Source of the DNA: Lama guanicoe
Lineage: Eukaryota
DNA: 64,000 bases
Direction of reading: 5' to 3'
Assembly: GCA_013239625.1 (NCBI GenBank)
Contig: MU054400.1
Span: forward strand, 541,146 to 605,145
Shown: positions 48,991-61,766 of the stretch, one piece after another
Position numbering within the stretch: the first letter of the stretch is position 1
Layout of the letters: each line of letters opens with the position of its first letter
Program-made: the position numbers and the translations under genes
Notes under the pieces: generated by a model
What the model was told of the DNA's origin: nothing
Databases searched by the model: none
The model's input: only the letters and a program-made list of their open reading frames with translations

Positions 48991-49936
48991 AATTTCAAAG
49001 TGTAAAATATTTTTTTTAAGGTTAATTCCCAAGGAAATAGGGCAAAAGATAAGTCAAGGGAATGGGCATTTTTATGGTTCCTGGCCAAGTTTCACATAAT
49101 CTTTGGGGAAGGATTTGGAGGGATAAATTCTGAACAGAACAAGCTCTGAGACTGACGCATTGAAACTGTTCAAAAAAATGTTGGTTTTTCTTCCTGCACT
49201 TAGTTAACAAGAATATGTGCCAGGCCCTGTCTTAGGCCCTGGAGAAACCGAAAAGGGTTAAGTTTGTCCCTCCACAGTGAGGACAGCCTGGAGGGAGGCA
49301 CGCCTTGGAGAGATGTGTGCATCAGTGTGTGAACCAGAGCCAGGCTGGACCCCGCCTGGAGGGCTACAGGAAAGGGGGCAGAGGGAAGGAGGGGAAGAGG
49401 CCCTACCAGGGCCAGGACATTGGAGCTGGCCTCTGAAAGAAAGCTAAGCGTTCACCAGAGAAGTGCTGTGAAGGGCAGTGCAGGCAGAGGAAACCACGAG
49501 AACAGAGGCCCAGAGAACAAAACTGAAAATTCCGTTCAGCCTCACCAGGTAGTTCTGAGAAGAGGAGAGAGTACCAACTGCCAAGGGTAAGATCCTCTTC
49601 CCCCTCCTTACCTGGGCTTCTGATCATGGCCTCATCATAGTGACCATAGGTCAATCTTTCAACCTCTCTGAGAATCCACTTCCTCCTCTACAAAGTGCAA
49701 CTGACAACACCAGCTGGCTTCTAAGTGGAGCCAATGTGATCAGGTGTGTTAAAAGGTTTGGCGCCTCACAGGTATTCAGCCACAGGAACTGCTGGTTTGC
49801 TGCTGGCAGGCATATTTTATAGACGAGGGAGCATTCTCTAACTGAACCACATTCCTTATTCTCTTTGAAGGTTTAGATGTGCCTAATTCTTCCTTTCCTG
49901 AAGCTTCTTCCAAGATTCTGTCTACATACTTACAAG

Positions 49937-49985
<49 letters not shown>

Positions 49986-49994
49986 TTATATATA
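49937..49994. repeat. (TA)n microsatellite, imperfect
   Basis: About 58 bp of TA repeats with a few interruptions. Confidence 0.9.
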
Positions 49995-51657
49995 CACTTA
50001 GACACCAGGTTATCAGCTCCCTGAGGAAAGAGAAAAGGTTGGCTCTTCCTGCCATCTCCAGGACCTGGCACTTGTCGAAAAGAATGGACCCCTCAGCTTC
50101 AGGCAGCCTAATCAAAGTCACAGCCACTGCATCATGCCAACCACGGTGCCACGAACACCCAGGGCCCCAGCAAATATCATAGGGGCAGCAGCACCTTCTA
50201 CCTTTTGGTGTTTTGTTTTTTCCTCTGTACCTGGCAGATAGCATTCTTCATGAGCAGTAACTTAGTTTATTTGCTAACTAATCGACATGCAAACAAACAG
50301 TTATAAAATTGCACCGGAGAGCTGTGGAAAATGCAGTGGGGACCCGGAGGAGGAGTCCCTAAGCGTCACAGAGGAGCAGCATGAGCCGGACTTTGAGGCA
50401 CCAGGAGGGAAAGGACATATGGGGTTAAAGAAAGAAAATGCAGTTGAAGAGTAGATCTTGGGGCCCCTGGAGTTTCTTGCAAGGCTGAGGAACTTTTCCC
50501 GTGAGGCCATGCCCGGTGGCAAGGACACAGCAACTATTAACCTCCTCTAGAAGGCTCTCTGCAAGTCCTCCTCTCACTGCCTCAGCCCTCTCGGCCTTAC
50601 ATCGTTGGCGGAGCTTTTTCCCTGAGGACAACAGGGCTCTGCCAGAGTCCCAGAGTGAGCGCTAATGGAGCAGAGATTAGGATCTGACTGAGTTATAGTC
50701 CTAGCTTTTCTATTCTTAACTCCTAGGCTTTTATGGAGCTCTGGGGGTTGAGCTGCCTTTTAAAAGACCCACACGTGGAAAGCATGGTGGGTACAACTTG
50801 CTCACCATTAGGAAAAAAATTAAGTTAGGGCTCCAAGTCATGGCTGTTTTTAGAATAAATTCCAGATGGCTGACAGTTTTGAATGTAAAACATAAAATCA
50901 TAAAAAGAGTAAAAGAAGAAGATAGATAAATATTTATCATTTTGGAAGGGAGAGGGAGTCCAGAAGATCATTTTAACACCAAAGGCCGGTAATAAAGAAA
51001 AGATTAACATCGGTTTAAAAAAAAAAGTCATGCACAAGAATACTGGCACAAAAGTAGAAATATTAAGAAAGAACTTCAATTTCAGAATTTCAGAGTTAAT
51101 GGGTCTGGGCCATTCCTTGGGAGTGGTTAACTGGGAAACTGCACTGGGAGCATCTGATGAAATTCCCCCCTTCCTTTTCCTCACATCTATACTAATCAGC
51201 CAACTACAGGGGGGGATTTACCCCAGACCAAACCACTGAGCATGGGCTGTTGGGCCAGAGGCAAAGTCTTGTCCCAAACAACTAATGCCCAGGAAGGGAC
51301 GAGAACTGATATACGCAAAGGACAAGACAGGTCCTCTTCTTCCTTGCAAACACACCCACATCTACACCCAACCAGCACATTCCATCCTCCTACCAAGTTG
51401 CTACATGCAGGCTCAGTAAACAGAACAGACAGGAACAAGAATGTACAATTAAAACACAGACGAATGTCTAGAATAACCACACATTTGAGTGAAGTCAAGA
51501 CTATGAAACAGGGCCATCACAAGCCACCATAAGAAAAACTAACATCCAAGAAACAGAATTCATAGGTACTCAGAACAAGAGTTCAGATTAAGCGCAATGA
51601 ATAGCTTCACAAAAAGTGTGAAAGGGCATTTCATATATTAAAAAGAATCAACTGAGC

Positions 51658-51810
51658 GGGGAGGGTATAGTTCAAGTGGTAGAGTGTGTGCTTAGCATGC
51701 ATGAGGTCCTGGGTTCGATTCACAGTACCTCCTCTAGAAATAAGCAAACCTAATTACCTCCCTCCTACCAAAATAAAATAATTAAATACTACAATAATAA
51801 ATAAAATGTT
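51658..51810 (+). mobile_element. tRNA-derived SINE (vic-1-like, long-tailed variant)
   Basis: ggggagggtatagttcaagtggtagagtg...gaggtcctgggttcgatt...aaacctaattacctccc plus an A-rich tail. Confidence 0.85.
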
Positions 51811-51814
51811 TTTT

Positions 51815-52720
51815 AAAAATTAACTGGCGATTCTGGAAATTTAGGAATTTGGTTTTCCAAATAAAAATTCAATGGACTGATCACAGAATAGACATGGCTG
51901 AGGAGCAAATCACAGAGTTGAGAGATCAAGTGGAGAAATTCTCCCAAAATGTAGTTCAAAAGAACAGAGGTGGGAAGGATAAAAGAAAAATTAGAGGCCA
52001 TGACTGGTTTGGCCACTGGCTGTAGTTTGCCAGCCTCTGTTCTGTGACTCTCAGTGCCCTCCTTTGTAAGGTAGGGACAATAATTATACCGACTTCATAG
52101 GGCTGTTCTAGGCATTAAATGGGGTAGTGTGTCAAGTACTTTGCTCTTTGCCTTACACACAATAAGGAACCAATAAATGTTAAGTATTATTGTTGATGTG
52201 GTTGTTGGGGTAGGTGCTGAAAATAAAAAAGGTCATGTTTATTCAGCACTTACTGTGCACACAGCAGGGTAGAGTCTTAAAGGAATCAAAGGACTTCGTT
52301 TAGTTATTGTTGTTGGTTACTTAATAAAAATACCCCCTGTTGGCATAGAAAAAAAAGGGGAGGGAAGCATGGAGGACGGATCCAGAAGTTCTACCATCCT
52401 CTTGAATAGGAATTCTAGAATAAGAGAACAAGGGGATGGAGGGGGAAGAAAAGGAACAAATTATGTCCTATTTCCTAGAGGTGAAGAGAGGAACAAGCTT
52501 TCACAGTGAAATGACCCACTGAGCACCAAGAAAAGATATTTTTAGAAAGATCTACACCTAGATTAATTATCATCAAATGTCAGAATACCAAGCATAAAGG
52601 AAATACCAACCAATTTTGTTCCATCTCCTTACATTTGTAAGTGCGTTTTTCTAGGAAGAGGACCCAGAACAAATATCCAGTTCTCAAAAGAGCTACCAAA
52701 AAGGAAGTCGAAGAACAACT
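51815..52720 (+). mobile_element. Degenerate L1/HAL1 ORF1 fragments interrupted by MIR
   Basis: Coiled-coil-like segment at 51840-52000, then atggagga...tccagaag...accatcc...aataggaattctaga ('MED.SR..NI.LIGIPE'-like). MIR-like sequence at about 52040-52190. Confidence 0.5.
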
Positions 52721-53112
52721 GCCCTCTGTGAAGGCAACCTCTACACACAGGATGGGGGTGGGTAGGAAGGCGCTTGACCCTCCTGCAAAGGTTGTCCCAC
52801 ATCTGGATCTGTTATTAAAATACCTCGTGTTGGCAAAGGGAAAACAAAGAAAAAGAAAGCTTAGGAAGCATGGAGGATGAGTCCAGAAGTCCTACCATCC
52901 TTTTTGATAGGAATTCCAGAGTAAGAGAAGAGAGGGAACGGTCCCTTTCACTCCTTTTTCTTGCATACTTGGAGAAGGAAATTTTGACCAACCTCAAAAC
53001 CAACCTGCCCTTAACTCAGACAGCACATTATTATACTTTCTTCTCTCTGACAGGAACGTCTGCAAAGGATTTCCCCCAGGAATGTGCGTGCTTTTTAAAA
53101 TGTCTCTGAGCA

Positions 53113-53208
53113 GGGAGGGTATACCTCAGCAGTAGAGAGTGTGTTAAGCATGCATAAGGTCCTGGGTTCAATCCCCAGTACCTCCACTAAAAAAAAAAAA
53201 TTTTTTTT
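53113..53208 (+). mobile_element. tRNA-derived SINE (vic-1-like)
   Basis: gggagggtatacctcagcagtagag...agcatgcataaggtcctgggttcaatccccagtacctcca plus poly(A). Confidence 0.85.
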
Positions 53209-53857
53209 AAGTCTCTAACACTCAAGAATACTAGTATTTGTTACTCGGAAAATCTAGCTGGGGAAATGGAGAGGAGGGAAGGTCCAGAGAGACCACTGCA
53301 GTCTTACAGCATTGGGGACGTAAAGACATGGGCCTGATCACTGTACAAGCCCTGTCTGGGAGGCTGGAGACTTGAATGGGAGACTTGGCTCCAGGACTTC
53401 CAACTGTGTGGCCTGTGTGATCCAGACAGATTCGCTTTACTTTCTGAGCCTCTGTTTCCTGGTCCTGAAGTGGGAACACACTTGTTCTTCCTCTCAGGGT
53501 AGTTCTGAGGTTAAAATGGTAAAATAATGAAGACTCTGAGACAGCAAGTTCTAAACCAAAGGTCACTCATGCAAATACCTTCAAGGGCCACTCAGATAAT
53601 GCAAATTTGTGAAGTGGCCAACATAAGATCTTAAGGAATGGGGGAGACCCTGACCTAACAAACATGACTAGAAGCCTAATGAAGCCAAATTTGGCCCTGG
53701 GTCACCAGTTTATGATCCCTGCTCTCAACAAAAATAATGATGATTAGATCAAAGCAGCTCTCAAAATTGATGTAAAATAAAATTCTTCCCCCCCCCATTA
53801 TGAGATCAATTGTATCATCCTGCAGCTCAAAAAGAAAAAAAAAAAAAGGAAGGGGAA

Positions 53858-54236
53858 GTCCTAACTCCAATATGGCCCTATTTGTAAATAGGGTCATTGC
53901 AGACTTAATTAGTTGAGATGAGGTCACACTGGAGTAGGACTGGCCCCTATTCTAATATGACCGGAGTCCTCATAAAGAGACAGTCGTGTGAAGACACGGG
54001 CAGAGAAGGGAGTGATGCAGCTACAAGCCAAAGAATGCCAGGCTTGCCAGCTCTCATGGGAAAGTGGGAGAGAGGCTTGGAACAGATTCTCCCTCAGAGT
54101 CCTCAAAGGGAGCTAATCCCACTGGCACCTTGATTTCAGACTTCTAGCCTCCAGAACCGGGGGTGAATCCATTTCTTTTGTTTTAAGCCACCCAGTTCGT
54201 GATATGTTGTTATGGCAACCCGAGGAAGCTATTACA
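53858..54236 (+). mobile_element. MaLR solo LTR (MLT1B/C-like)
   Basis: ctatttgtaaatagggtcattgcagac...gatgaggtcacactggagtagg...gaacagattctccctcagag...caccttgatttcagacttctagcctccagaac...ttttaagccacccagt...attaca. Confidence 0.85.
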
Positions 54237-54609
54237 TTCCCCAAAACAAAACTTTTTTTTTTTTAGAACAGCTTGAGTCAGTGGGACTCCCAGCTTACGT
54301 GCAGTGCCGGCAGGGTCAAGGACAAGGGTGGGGCATGTCAGGTGCCTGGGGCCCACAGTTTCTGGAGGCAGTCCCTCTCAGGGCGCTGCAAGTACTGATC
54401 CTCACAGTGGGTGCCTCCTTAAGAGAGGGGCACCTCCGGCTATGCTGGAGAGTGTGGCTGTAGTCCTGCTCAAACGCTTCATCTAAGATCTTTGAGTGGT
54501 GCTTCAGAGCTCATTATAAAATGTAGTTTCCATCCGCTTTAACCCAGGGCAGAGCAAACACATATTTCTCACCATCTCAGAATATTTCCTTTTTGCTGAA
54601 GATGGAGAC

Positions 54610-55172
54610 TGCAGGGTAGCCGAATATGCCACCCCAAAATATGACTGCAGGAGTTCAGGACATGCCACCCCAAAATATGCAGTTTTGATATATTGATTAT
54701 TTTGAGCTGTAAGCACTTGAAAAACAGCAAATGCAGGGAGAGACTTTCTCTGAAATCCCCTTATCTGTCTAAAGACAGAACCTCCAACAGGAACGCAGTT
54801 GTTATAAATTCCTTCCAAGAGGTACATCGCTAGTGAAGACAGACTCTGATCATGGGACAGGAGGCCTTAAGTCACTCAGATGAACTTGATCACAAACTAT
54901 CATACTTCCCATCTATTCTTCCAAGGGCCCATTCATCTTTCCTAAAAACTATTACATCCCACCTCCCCTGTCCCTACTGAGATGGTATTTAATCCTGAAT
55001 TCTAAGCCACCTCAGGGAATTATTCATTTTTCCCTGGGTATCTCCCATGTATGCACGAAGTACAAACGATAATAAACTTGTTTGCTTTTCTCTTGTTAAC
55101 CTGTGCTTTATTACAGATGTCTCAGCCAAGAACTCAGAAGTGTAGAGAGGAAATTATTTTTCCTCTCCTGGA
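54610..55172 (+). mobile_element. ERV1 solo LTR (MER34/MER39-related)
   Basis: Begins tgcagg..gaatatgccaccccaaaatatg (motif present twice); AATAAA at 55071; ends ttttcctctcctgga; flanks agac/aggc could be a 4-bp TSD with one mismatch. Confidence 0.75.
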
Positions 55173-55799
55173 AGGCTTACAAACTAGAGTTCTCTCTCTC
55201 CCACTCGCCTCATTCACTCCCATCTATCAATTAATCAGTAAATTCTCTATCCTAGGTGCTGGGGATTAAGAATTAAGTAAGATACCCAAGGTGGTGGGGG
55301 AGACAGATTCATTAAAAAAGAAAAAATCAGTTACTATACAGTGTGATAGATGCTCTAAGAGAGACAAGTTCAGGGGCCTATGAGAGCTCAGAGTGGTACA
55401 TCACCCAGACCCCACCAGATGGAGAAGATGGAGTGAGAAGACAGCACCCGCACTGTCTTAAGAGTGAATAATTGTTAATTAGTCAGATGAGAAGAAGAAA
55501 GGAGGAAGGGGGAAGGAGTGACAGATTCGAAGAAAGAGGAAAAGAAGGAGTTGAGAACAACAGCCAGGTCTCTTGGATGATGGGCAAATGTAGTGCCAGT
55601 CACTAACACAGGAAAGTCCAGAAGAGAAATAGATAGGAAAATAGATTGAATCAAACTTGGACAAGTTGAGTCTCAGGTACCTGCAGATCTACAGGGAAAG
55701 ATAACCAACACAGCCTTTCCAAAGTGTGTTCTAAGAACCCATGTTCCAGGAGATATTAATGTTCCAGGAAAGGGGGTGGGGAGAGCAGTTACTGAAGGT

Positions 55800-56070
55800 T
55801 GTTCTAGCCCAGGTTCCCTAGAAAACAGAGCCTGAGGCAAGGATTGTATACTGAGGCTTTTTATACAAGTGCAAACCCAAAGCCTCAAGAATGATACAAA
55901 AGGAAAGAGAAGCAGGGTGTGATGGAAAACAATGCAAGATGCAGGGAGGAGCAGCTGGTTGGCCACAGAACTACACCCTTGGCTACAGTGAAACAGTCAA
56001 GTAAAAGCAAAAGGTCAGGGGCCCAGGGTTTAGGCAGGGCTGAGAGAATCTGAGGAAACATATTGTGTCC
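55800..56070 (-). mobile_element. ERVL LTR fragment (LTR33-like) inside a Charlie-type element
   Basis: tgttctagcccaggttccctagaaaacagagcctgaggcaaggatt. The flanks 55710-55775 and 56075-56290 look like the two halves of a hAT-Charlie element. Confidence 0.45.
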
Positions 56071-57129
56071 AATAGAGACATCAAGTCAGTTTTTAAAATA
56101 CTTAGTATTAGATGCCCTCTCTTAGAAAATTTGCAATGCATATTAGCACAATAGTTCTAAAAGCTTTTCAGCAAAAAAATAATAATAATAATAATTTAAT
56201 TTCATTCTATTTAACTCAGCATTTTCTAAACTTATTTGACCACAAAATCTTTCTTATATGCCCTACTTGTCTGTAGAACTCAGTTCTGGTCAGCTGTGGA
56301 TACTGGAATCTGGGGCTCAAGAGAGAGTACAGGTTGGAGGTAAGGATCTGAGAAACATACAGATAGTGATTGAAACCTGGAGAACGGAGGGGATCATGCA
56401 GGAAGAGTTTGTAAATTGATCTGAAGCCTGAGTCTTAGGGTACACCAATATTAAGGGACAGACTCAAGAAGATCTCTTAAGAGAGACAGGGAAGAAACAG
56501 TCACAGAATTAGCAGAATCAGAAACCATCATTAGGTACTGGTAAGCAGAGGACACTCTAGGACTGAGCTACTAAAAATCCATCCTAACCATCAGACATTA
56601 CCCAGGAGTTTGTTAGAAATGCAGAATCTGAGATCTCACTGCAGTCCTACTGAATCAGAATCTACCCTCTAGCTGGATCCTCAAGCCAATATGAACTTCA
56701 AATTTGAGAAGCTATGGCTCACAACATTGCAGGAAGGGCTGAAGGAGAAGATTTAAAATGGAGCTTCCAGAGATAACTGCAAGCCCTCAGAATCATCATG
56801 CCTCTGTCACTGTGATCAGGAAAGAAGTCACCAACCACTCTGCTACAGGAACCAGGAAGCTAGTGACCATGAAACAAGACTGCCATGATCCACACCTGCA
56901 AAACTGATACCTCACCTGCTCCTTCTCCCCACTCAACTTATTTCCAGGTTCAAGTCTTGTGCAAGTTCATTTAATTGGCAATTCCCAAATGACATCTGAA
57001 ATGCCAGCTGCAAGGGAGGGAGTCTAGGAAGTGTGGCTTCCCAGCTTAAACTAGAAGAAAGTAGAAAGGGATATTGTATGAATCAATCCACAGTATCAAC
57101 CACTGGTAACATCACAGAAGTTCTGACAG

Positions 57130-57561
57130 ATGTTGATATTTGTCCCCCAGTATCTATTCTCGCCTTCATCCAACTAATAGAATTTTTAGCCGGGCATGTG
57201 ACCGCCCAGAATAAAGACATTATTTCCCAGCCTCTCTGCAGATAGATAGAATCATGTGGCTGAGTTTGGCAGGCCCATAATGTAAAAGTGGAAGTGTCAC
57301 ATAGTAGCTCCTGGGAATCTTTGTGAGACAGCAGGACCATGCCCTTTACACTCTTCTTTGTCCCTCCCTCAACGTGCTGCTTGGAGCATGAGATGCCACC
57401 ATCTTGGACAATGAGGTTGAAGGTTACACCTTGGAATTGGCAGAGCAGAGCTAGAAAAAGCCACCATTCCTGCTCTGGTGACTTATCTCTGTTTAGATAA
57501 AAGACAAATCAACCATTGTTATCTTGGCTGTCTGCCAGCAGAACCCAATTCTAACCAATAC
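57130..57561 (+). mobile_element. Old MaLR LTR (MLT1I/J-like)
   Basis: tatttcccagcctctctgcag...gccaccatcttggacaatgagg...gcagaacccaattctaaccaataca. Confidence 0.65.
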
Positions 57562-57573
57562 AGACTTCAATGG

Positions 57574-57753
57574 CACTGGTTCTCAACATTTTGGGAAATC
57601 ATTGATCCCTTTGAGAATCCAATGAATGCACTGGACCATCCTCCCTAGAAACATGCACATTTGTACAACACTTTGTGTAAAAATTTCAGGGACTTACATG
57701 TGGTTTCTTCCTGAAGACAATCTAGGTGCCCATGGATCCCTAGTTAAGAACTC
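57574..57753. mobile_element. MER103-like hAT-Charlie MITE
   Basis: cactggttctcaac...ccctttgagaatccaatgaatgc...ggatccctagttaagaactct. Confidence 0.6.
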
Positions 57754-57759
57754 TTAGAG

Positions 57760-58010
57760 CTGAGATTTTCAAGAAGAAATGATTGTAATCAACAGGTAAG
57801 TGAAAAAGTCAGAGAAAAAGTAAGAACTGAAAAGTGGCCCCCGGATTTGGCTTCAGATTGTTGATGTCATTGGTGGGAGCAGTTTCAGTGGGGTGGGGTG
57901 AGGTGGGACAGAAGCTACACTGTCCCACCTCACCCCAGATTGCTGGAAGAATGGGAATCAAGAAAGTGGAGGCAGGAAGTATTGTCAATCACGTAGAGTA
58001 GCATGATCCT
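57760..58010 (-). mobile_element. L2 LINE fragment
   Basis: aagaactgaaaagtggcccccggatttggc...gagcagtttcagtgg...gaaagtggaggcag, typical reverse-strand L2 sequence. Confidence 0.65.
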
Positions 58011-59804
58011 GAAGACAGTGTTGGCCAGGAGACAGTACAGTCCATGGGCTCCAGGGAGGGTTTTCCTGGCCTTCCTCTGCCTCTAGGACTAGACCAGCCA
58101 GAGTGAGCCTAACCTGAGATATTTAATACCATTCAGTGTTGCAGCCCAACTGGTGGCTTTGGCCTTCACTGCCCTGGAAATGCTGATGCTGTCTCAGAAA
58201 TGAAGGTGGAGAGGGAGCCTGGAAGCAGGAGACAGCTGAAGGAGTGAAGGCTGCAGGATGGCTTGGGTTCAGCCAGAGTAGATGCTGTCAGTCAAGTTCT
58301 TCCCCTTCAGACAGTCCACGCTGGGTGCCTCTGGGCATCCTTCCATGAGAAGTCTGCTCCCTCGGCCCCCTCCACCCCCATACCTAGTGCTGCTACTGTA
58401 GCTGGATCCCAGACCCAAAACCAGCGTGGCCAGTAGCCTCACCACATCTGTGGAGCTAACGTCAAAGCAGACCACGGCTTGTCCTTGGGACAGGGAAGGG
58501 AACCACACCATGTGTCCTGGTTTCTCTTCTCACCAGGACGCCCTTTCACGCTCTTCTGCAATCAGGCCTTGGACTGGCGTTCCTGGTGCGACTCCATGAT
58601 TCTCTCCGCCCACACCTCTTCAGCCCTGCTCTGCCATCCCAAGCTTGTCCCTTTCTTGTCACCCTGAGCCCTTCCTTTTCATTATCCCTGAATACAGTAG
58701 TCACTTACGTCCTTTTTTTCTTTTAAAGCATCATCCTTTCTAATGCTAAAACCACCTTCCCAATGAAAGATTTATTGTGCAGGGAACCCTCCCCAGCTCC
58801 CCACATTGGTGAAATTAGACAAAGGCTAATCACATGTGGGAAACTGGAGAAGGAAATGGCTCAGATTTACACCCAATCCCTGCGGAACAGCACCCGCCTA
58901 CGGCAGAGGCTCCACCCTGAGTGACAGAACTTTATGGAGACACAAAGTGTCCATTTATCCCCTATCTTGGGAGGAAGTGAGGTCCTCACTGGAGCCTACC
59001 ACTTGCCAGTTTGCCGATTGTTGGGCCAAACTGTCAGGTTTTAGTAGTCCCTCAAAGGCATCCAGGGAGACAGCAAGGGTCCCAGGTCAAGCAGAGTTTG
59101 CTCTCACCTCTGTGGTTCCTCTTCCCAGGACATAACCCTGCTGCTCTGAACCATGGCAACCTCCAGAAAGGAGACCAGGCTTACGAGGTGGAAATTGTCC
59201 AACAAAACTTGTAAACATCCCACCAGTACCCCTCCCATTTCCCTCTACAGAGGCAGCCCCAGTGTTCAAAAAGCACAGGGCTTAGCAGCCACAGAAAGCC
59301 TTTCATATAGATTAAAGCTGAGCCAGATATTCAATACTCGGGGTCTGGTTCCCTAGGGCATCCTTGTCCTCCTCCCCTGACCAGCATTTCCTGGGTGAGG
59401 AGGAAGAATTCAACAAAAGGAGTAAGTGTCCCCCTGGAATTTTAGCAAGGTGCCTGGAAAGAAACAGGGCTCTGACCTCTGAAAAACCTGGGCGGCAATC
59501 CTATCCCTGCCACTGACCTGCTGTGTGACTTTGGGCGCATTCCTTAACTTCTCTGAGCTTCCACTTATTTTCTCAACTGTAGAATAAGAGTTCGAATTCT
59601 TCTTATATACGGTTTTAAGAATTAAATGAAATAAGATCTACACAGTTCCTGGCTTTTATTAATTAAGTTACCAACTTGCTTGGAGATAAAGCCTCTAAAG
59701 AATTTGTTTCTCATTTTCCAAAATGCTCTACTTCCTGCTGTAAACTTACCTTTCTCCTCTGTCATCATTTCTTTCCCAGGACCAGGAAGGATATCCCAGG
59801 TCCT

Positions 59805-59962
59805 TGCTTTTCAAAGTACCAGGGCAAGCGGCCTCCTCTAGGAGCTGGTTAGAAATGCAGAATCTCAGGCCTCGCTCCACTCCGGACCCTCTGAGTCTGA
59901 ATCTGCATTTTAATAAGATCCCCAAGTATTTCTTTGTGCAAACTAAAGTTTGAGAAGTACTT
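59805..59962. mobile_element. MER5A-like hAT-Charlie MITE
   Basis: ggttagaaatgcagaatctcaggcc...gaatctgcattttaataagatcccca...aagtttgagaagtact. Confidence 0.8.
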
Positions 59963-60329
59963 GCACTAGGTTACCCCTTGCTTCTTTTATTTACAACATC
60001 AAATACCACTGAACCTCACATCACTTAATAGGAGTTTCCCTCTAGCAAATTGCTTATGCACTAAAATCTCCTGAGTTGTGACACCTGAATAACAAGATGT
60101 CATAATATTAATTAAAATAACAATAACACAATCTAATAAATGTTTAATGCCTTGGACACCCTTTTATACCCACATAATCTCATCTGATTCTAGAATATGG
60201 GGTGGTTTTCTTCAATCAGAGACTGAGTGAGTGAGTGAATGAACAAATTATTGAATGGATACTTGGGGACTACTTAGTGGAGAGAAATTGAATTATGAGA
60301 AGGCTCTTAGGGTTACACCAATGAGGAAT

Positions 60330-60800
60330 TCTGTCCAGCTGCTAGTAAGAGAAATCCAAACCAACAGTGGCCTAAATAAGACAGAGGCTTATTTTTCTCT
60401 CACATGATAAACCATCATCAGGCAGGCCAGGCTGGTACGAGGACTCTGCGAGGTCTAAGAAGCTGGAATCTGTCATCTGCTCTGCCATCCTTAGCACGTG
60501 ACATCAATCTTTAAAATCACCTCAGGGGTGAAAGATGGCTGCTAGAGCTCCACTCATCAAGTTCATGTCCCAGGGACAGAGAAGAAAGAATAGGGGGAAA
60601 AGGGCAAAGGAGTGCATGCTGAGTAAACTCCTTTGAATAGCTTTCTCAAAACCCCACTCAGTCACTTCCATTGATTTCTCATAGCCATTCCCATCTGAAA
60701 GGAAGGCTGGGAAATGTGGTTTTAGAAGTCAGGCACATGCTGCCCCGAACACAGGAGTAAGGAAGGTGCGGATAATGGCTGCTAGGATGAAATCTAGCAT
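60330..60800 (-). mobile_element. Old MaLR LTR (MLT1J/K-like)
   Basis: acagtggcctaaataagacagaggcttatttttctctcacat...ctctgccatccttagc...aagatggctgctagagctcca...ggaaggctgggaaatgtgg. Confidence 0.65.
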
Positions 60801-61231
60801 TCTCTGCCAAAAGGGGCTCGAATGAAAGGGAAGAATGCATATACAGATCATGTCCAGTGTGTCATGGCCTTCCTGGAAGCACTTTGTGTTTCTCCCTGTG
60901 CAATAGCTCAATAAGGAATAGAAGAGTCTGGGCAGGAGGGAGTGGTCCCTGCTCGGCTGCTTCTCAGGGTAAAAAGAGAGTCTTCTTACCAGTGTATTAG
61001 CTGATGGCCCAGAATCGGGGGAGGTGAGAAACCAGGACCCTCAGCTGGTCCAGCTTAGCTGGAGTTTTGCTTTCTCTCCAGAGGATGCTGGTTCATGATG
61101 GAGTTGTCACACTCATGCTCTTCTTCCTGCCTGGGGTGCTCTCCCCATCCTAATTCCCATCTTCTTCCACAAAATTCCTGCCCAGTCCTTCAATTCTCAG
61201 CTTATACATTCTTACAACCTGTGGTATGTTC

Positions 61232-61766
61232 TGTAGGCGAGCAAAGTTTGCCAGAAATACGTCTCTTTGGCAGGAGGAAGAAACAAAATATTCAGGAAGA
61301 TTTTTCTTTTCACCTCCCCCTTAAATACCTAAAAGAATTTAGAGAGAGAGCCTTTTCCAGGAAAGAGAATTATCACCAGAGATATCTAAATATAACATGA
61401 ACTAGGTGCGGCAGACAGGGAGGAACCTAAGAAAGTATGCTTGTTAAAATTCCTCAGTCCCATTGTTTCTATACGGCTCAGCAAATATTTGTTTACCAAA
61501 CATTTGCTCTTTTTTCACCTTATTATAAATTGCCTTCCTTCCCTTTGAAGTCCCAGACCCCTGCTCCCTTCTCCTTGGTCCAGAATAACTCATATATATA
61601 TATTTCATTTTGCCTGATTGTTTTGGAGTCTCCCACGTTAATGTGGATTTCCTGTACATAACTAAATTTGATTTTCTCCTGTTAATCTGTCTCATGTCAA
61701 TTTAATCCTTAGACCAGCCAGAAGAGCTGAGAAAGGTAGAGAAAAAAATTTTTTTCCTTTCTGCCA
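61232..61766 (+). mobile_element. ERV1 solo LTR (MER34/MER39-related) with a 4-bp TSD
   Basis: TG...CA ends (tgtagg...ctgcca) flanked by GTTC at 61228-61231 and 61767-61770. The 3' part (ttttctcctgttaatctgtc...gagaaaaaaatttttttcc) parallels the LTR at 54610-55172. Confidence 0.8.

Noticed and set aside
53876..53893. Palindrome ccctattt-gt-aaataggg
   Set aside because: Corresponds to a near-palindromic motif that is part of MLT1 LTR sequence.
58269..58667. Possible processed pseudogene in GC-moderate unique-looking sequence
   Set aside because: No recognisable protein similarity, poly(A) tail or TSD.
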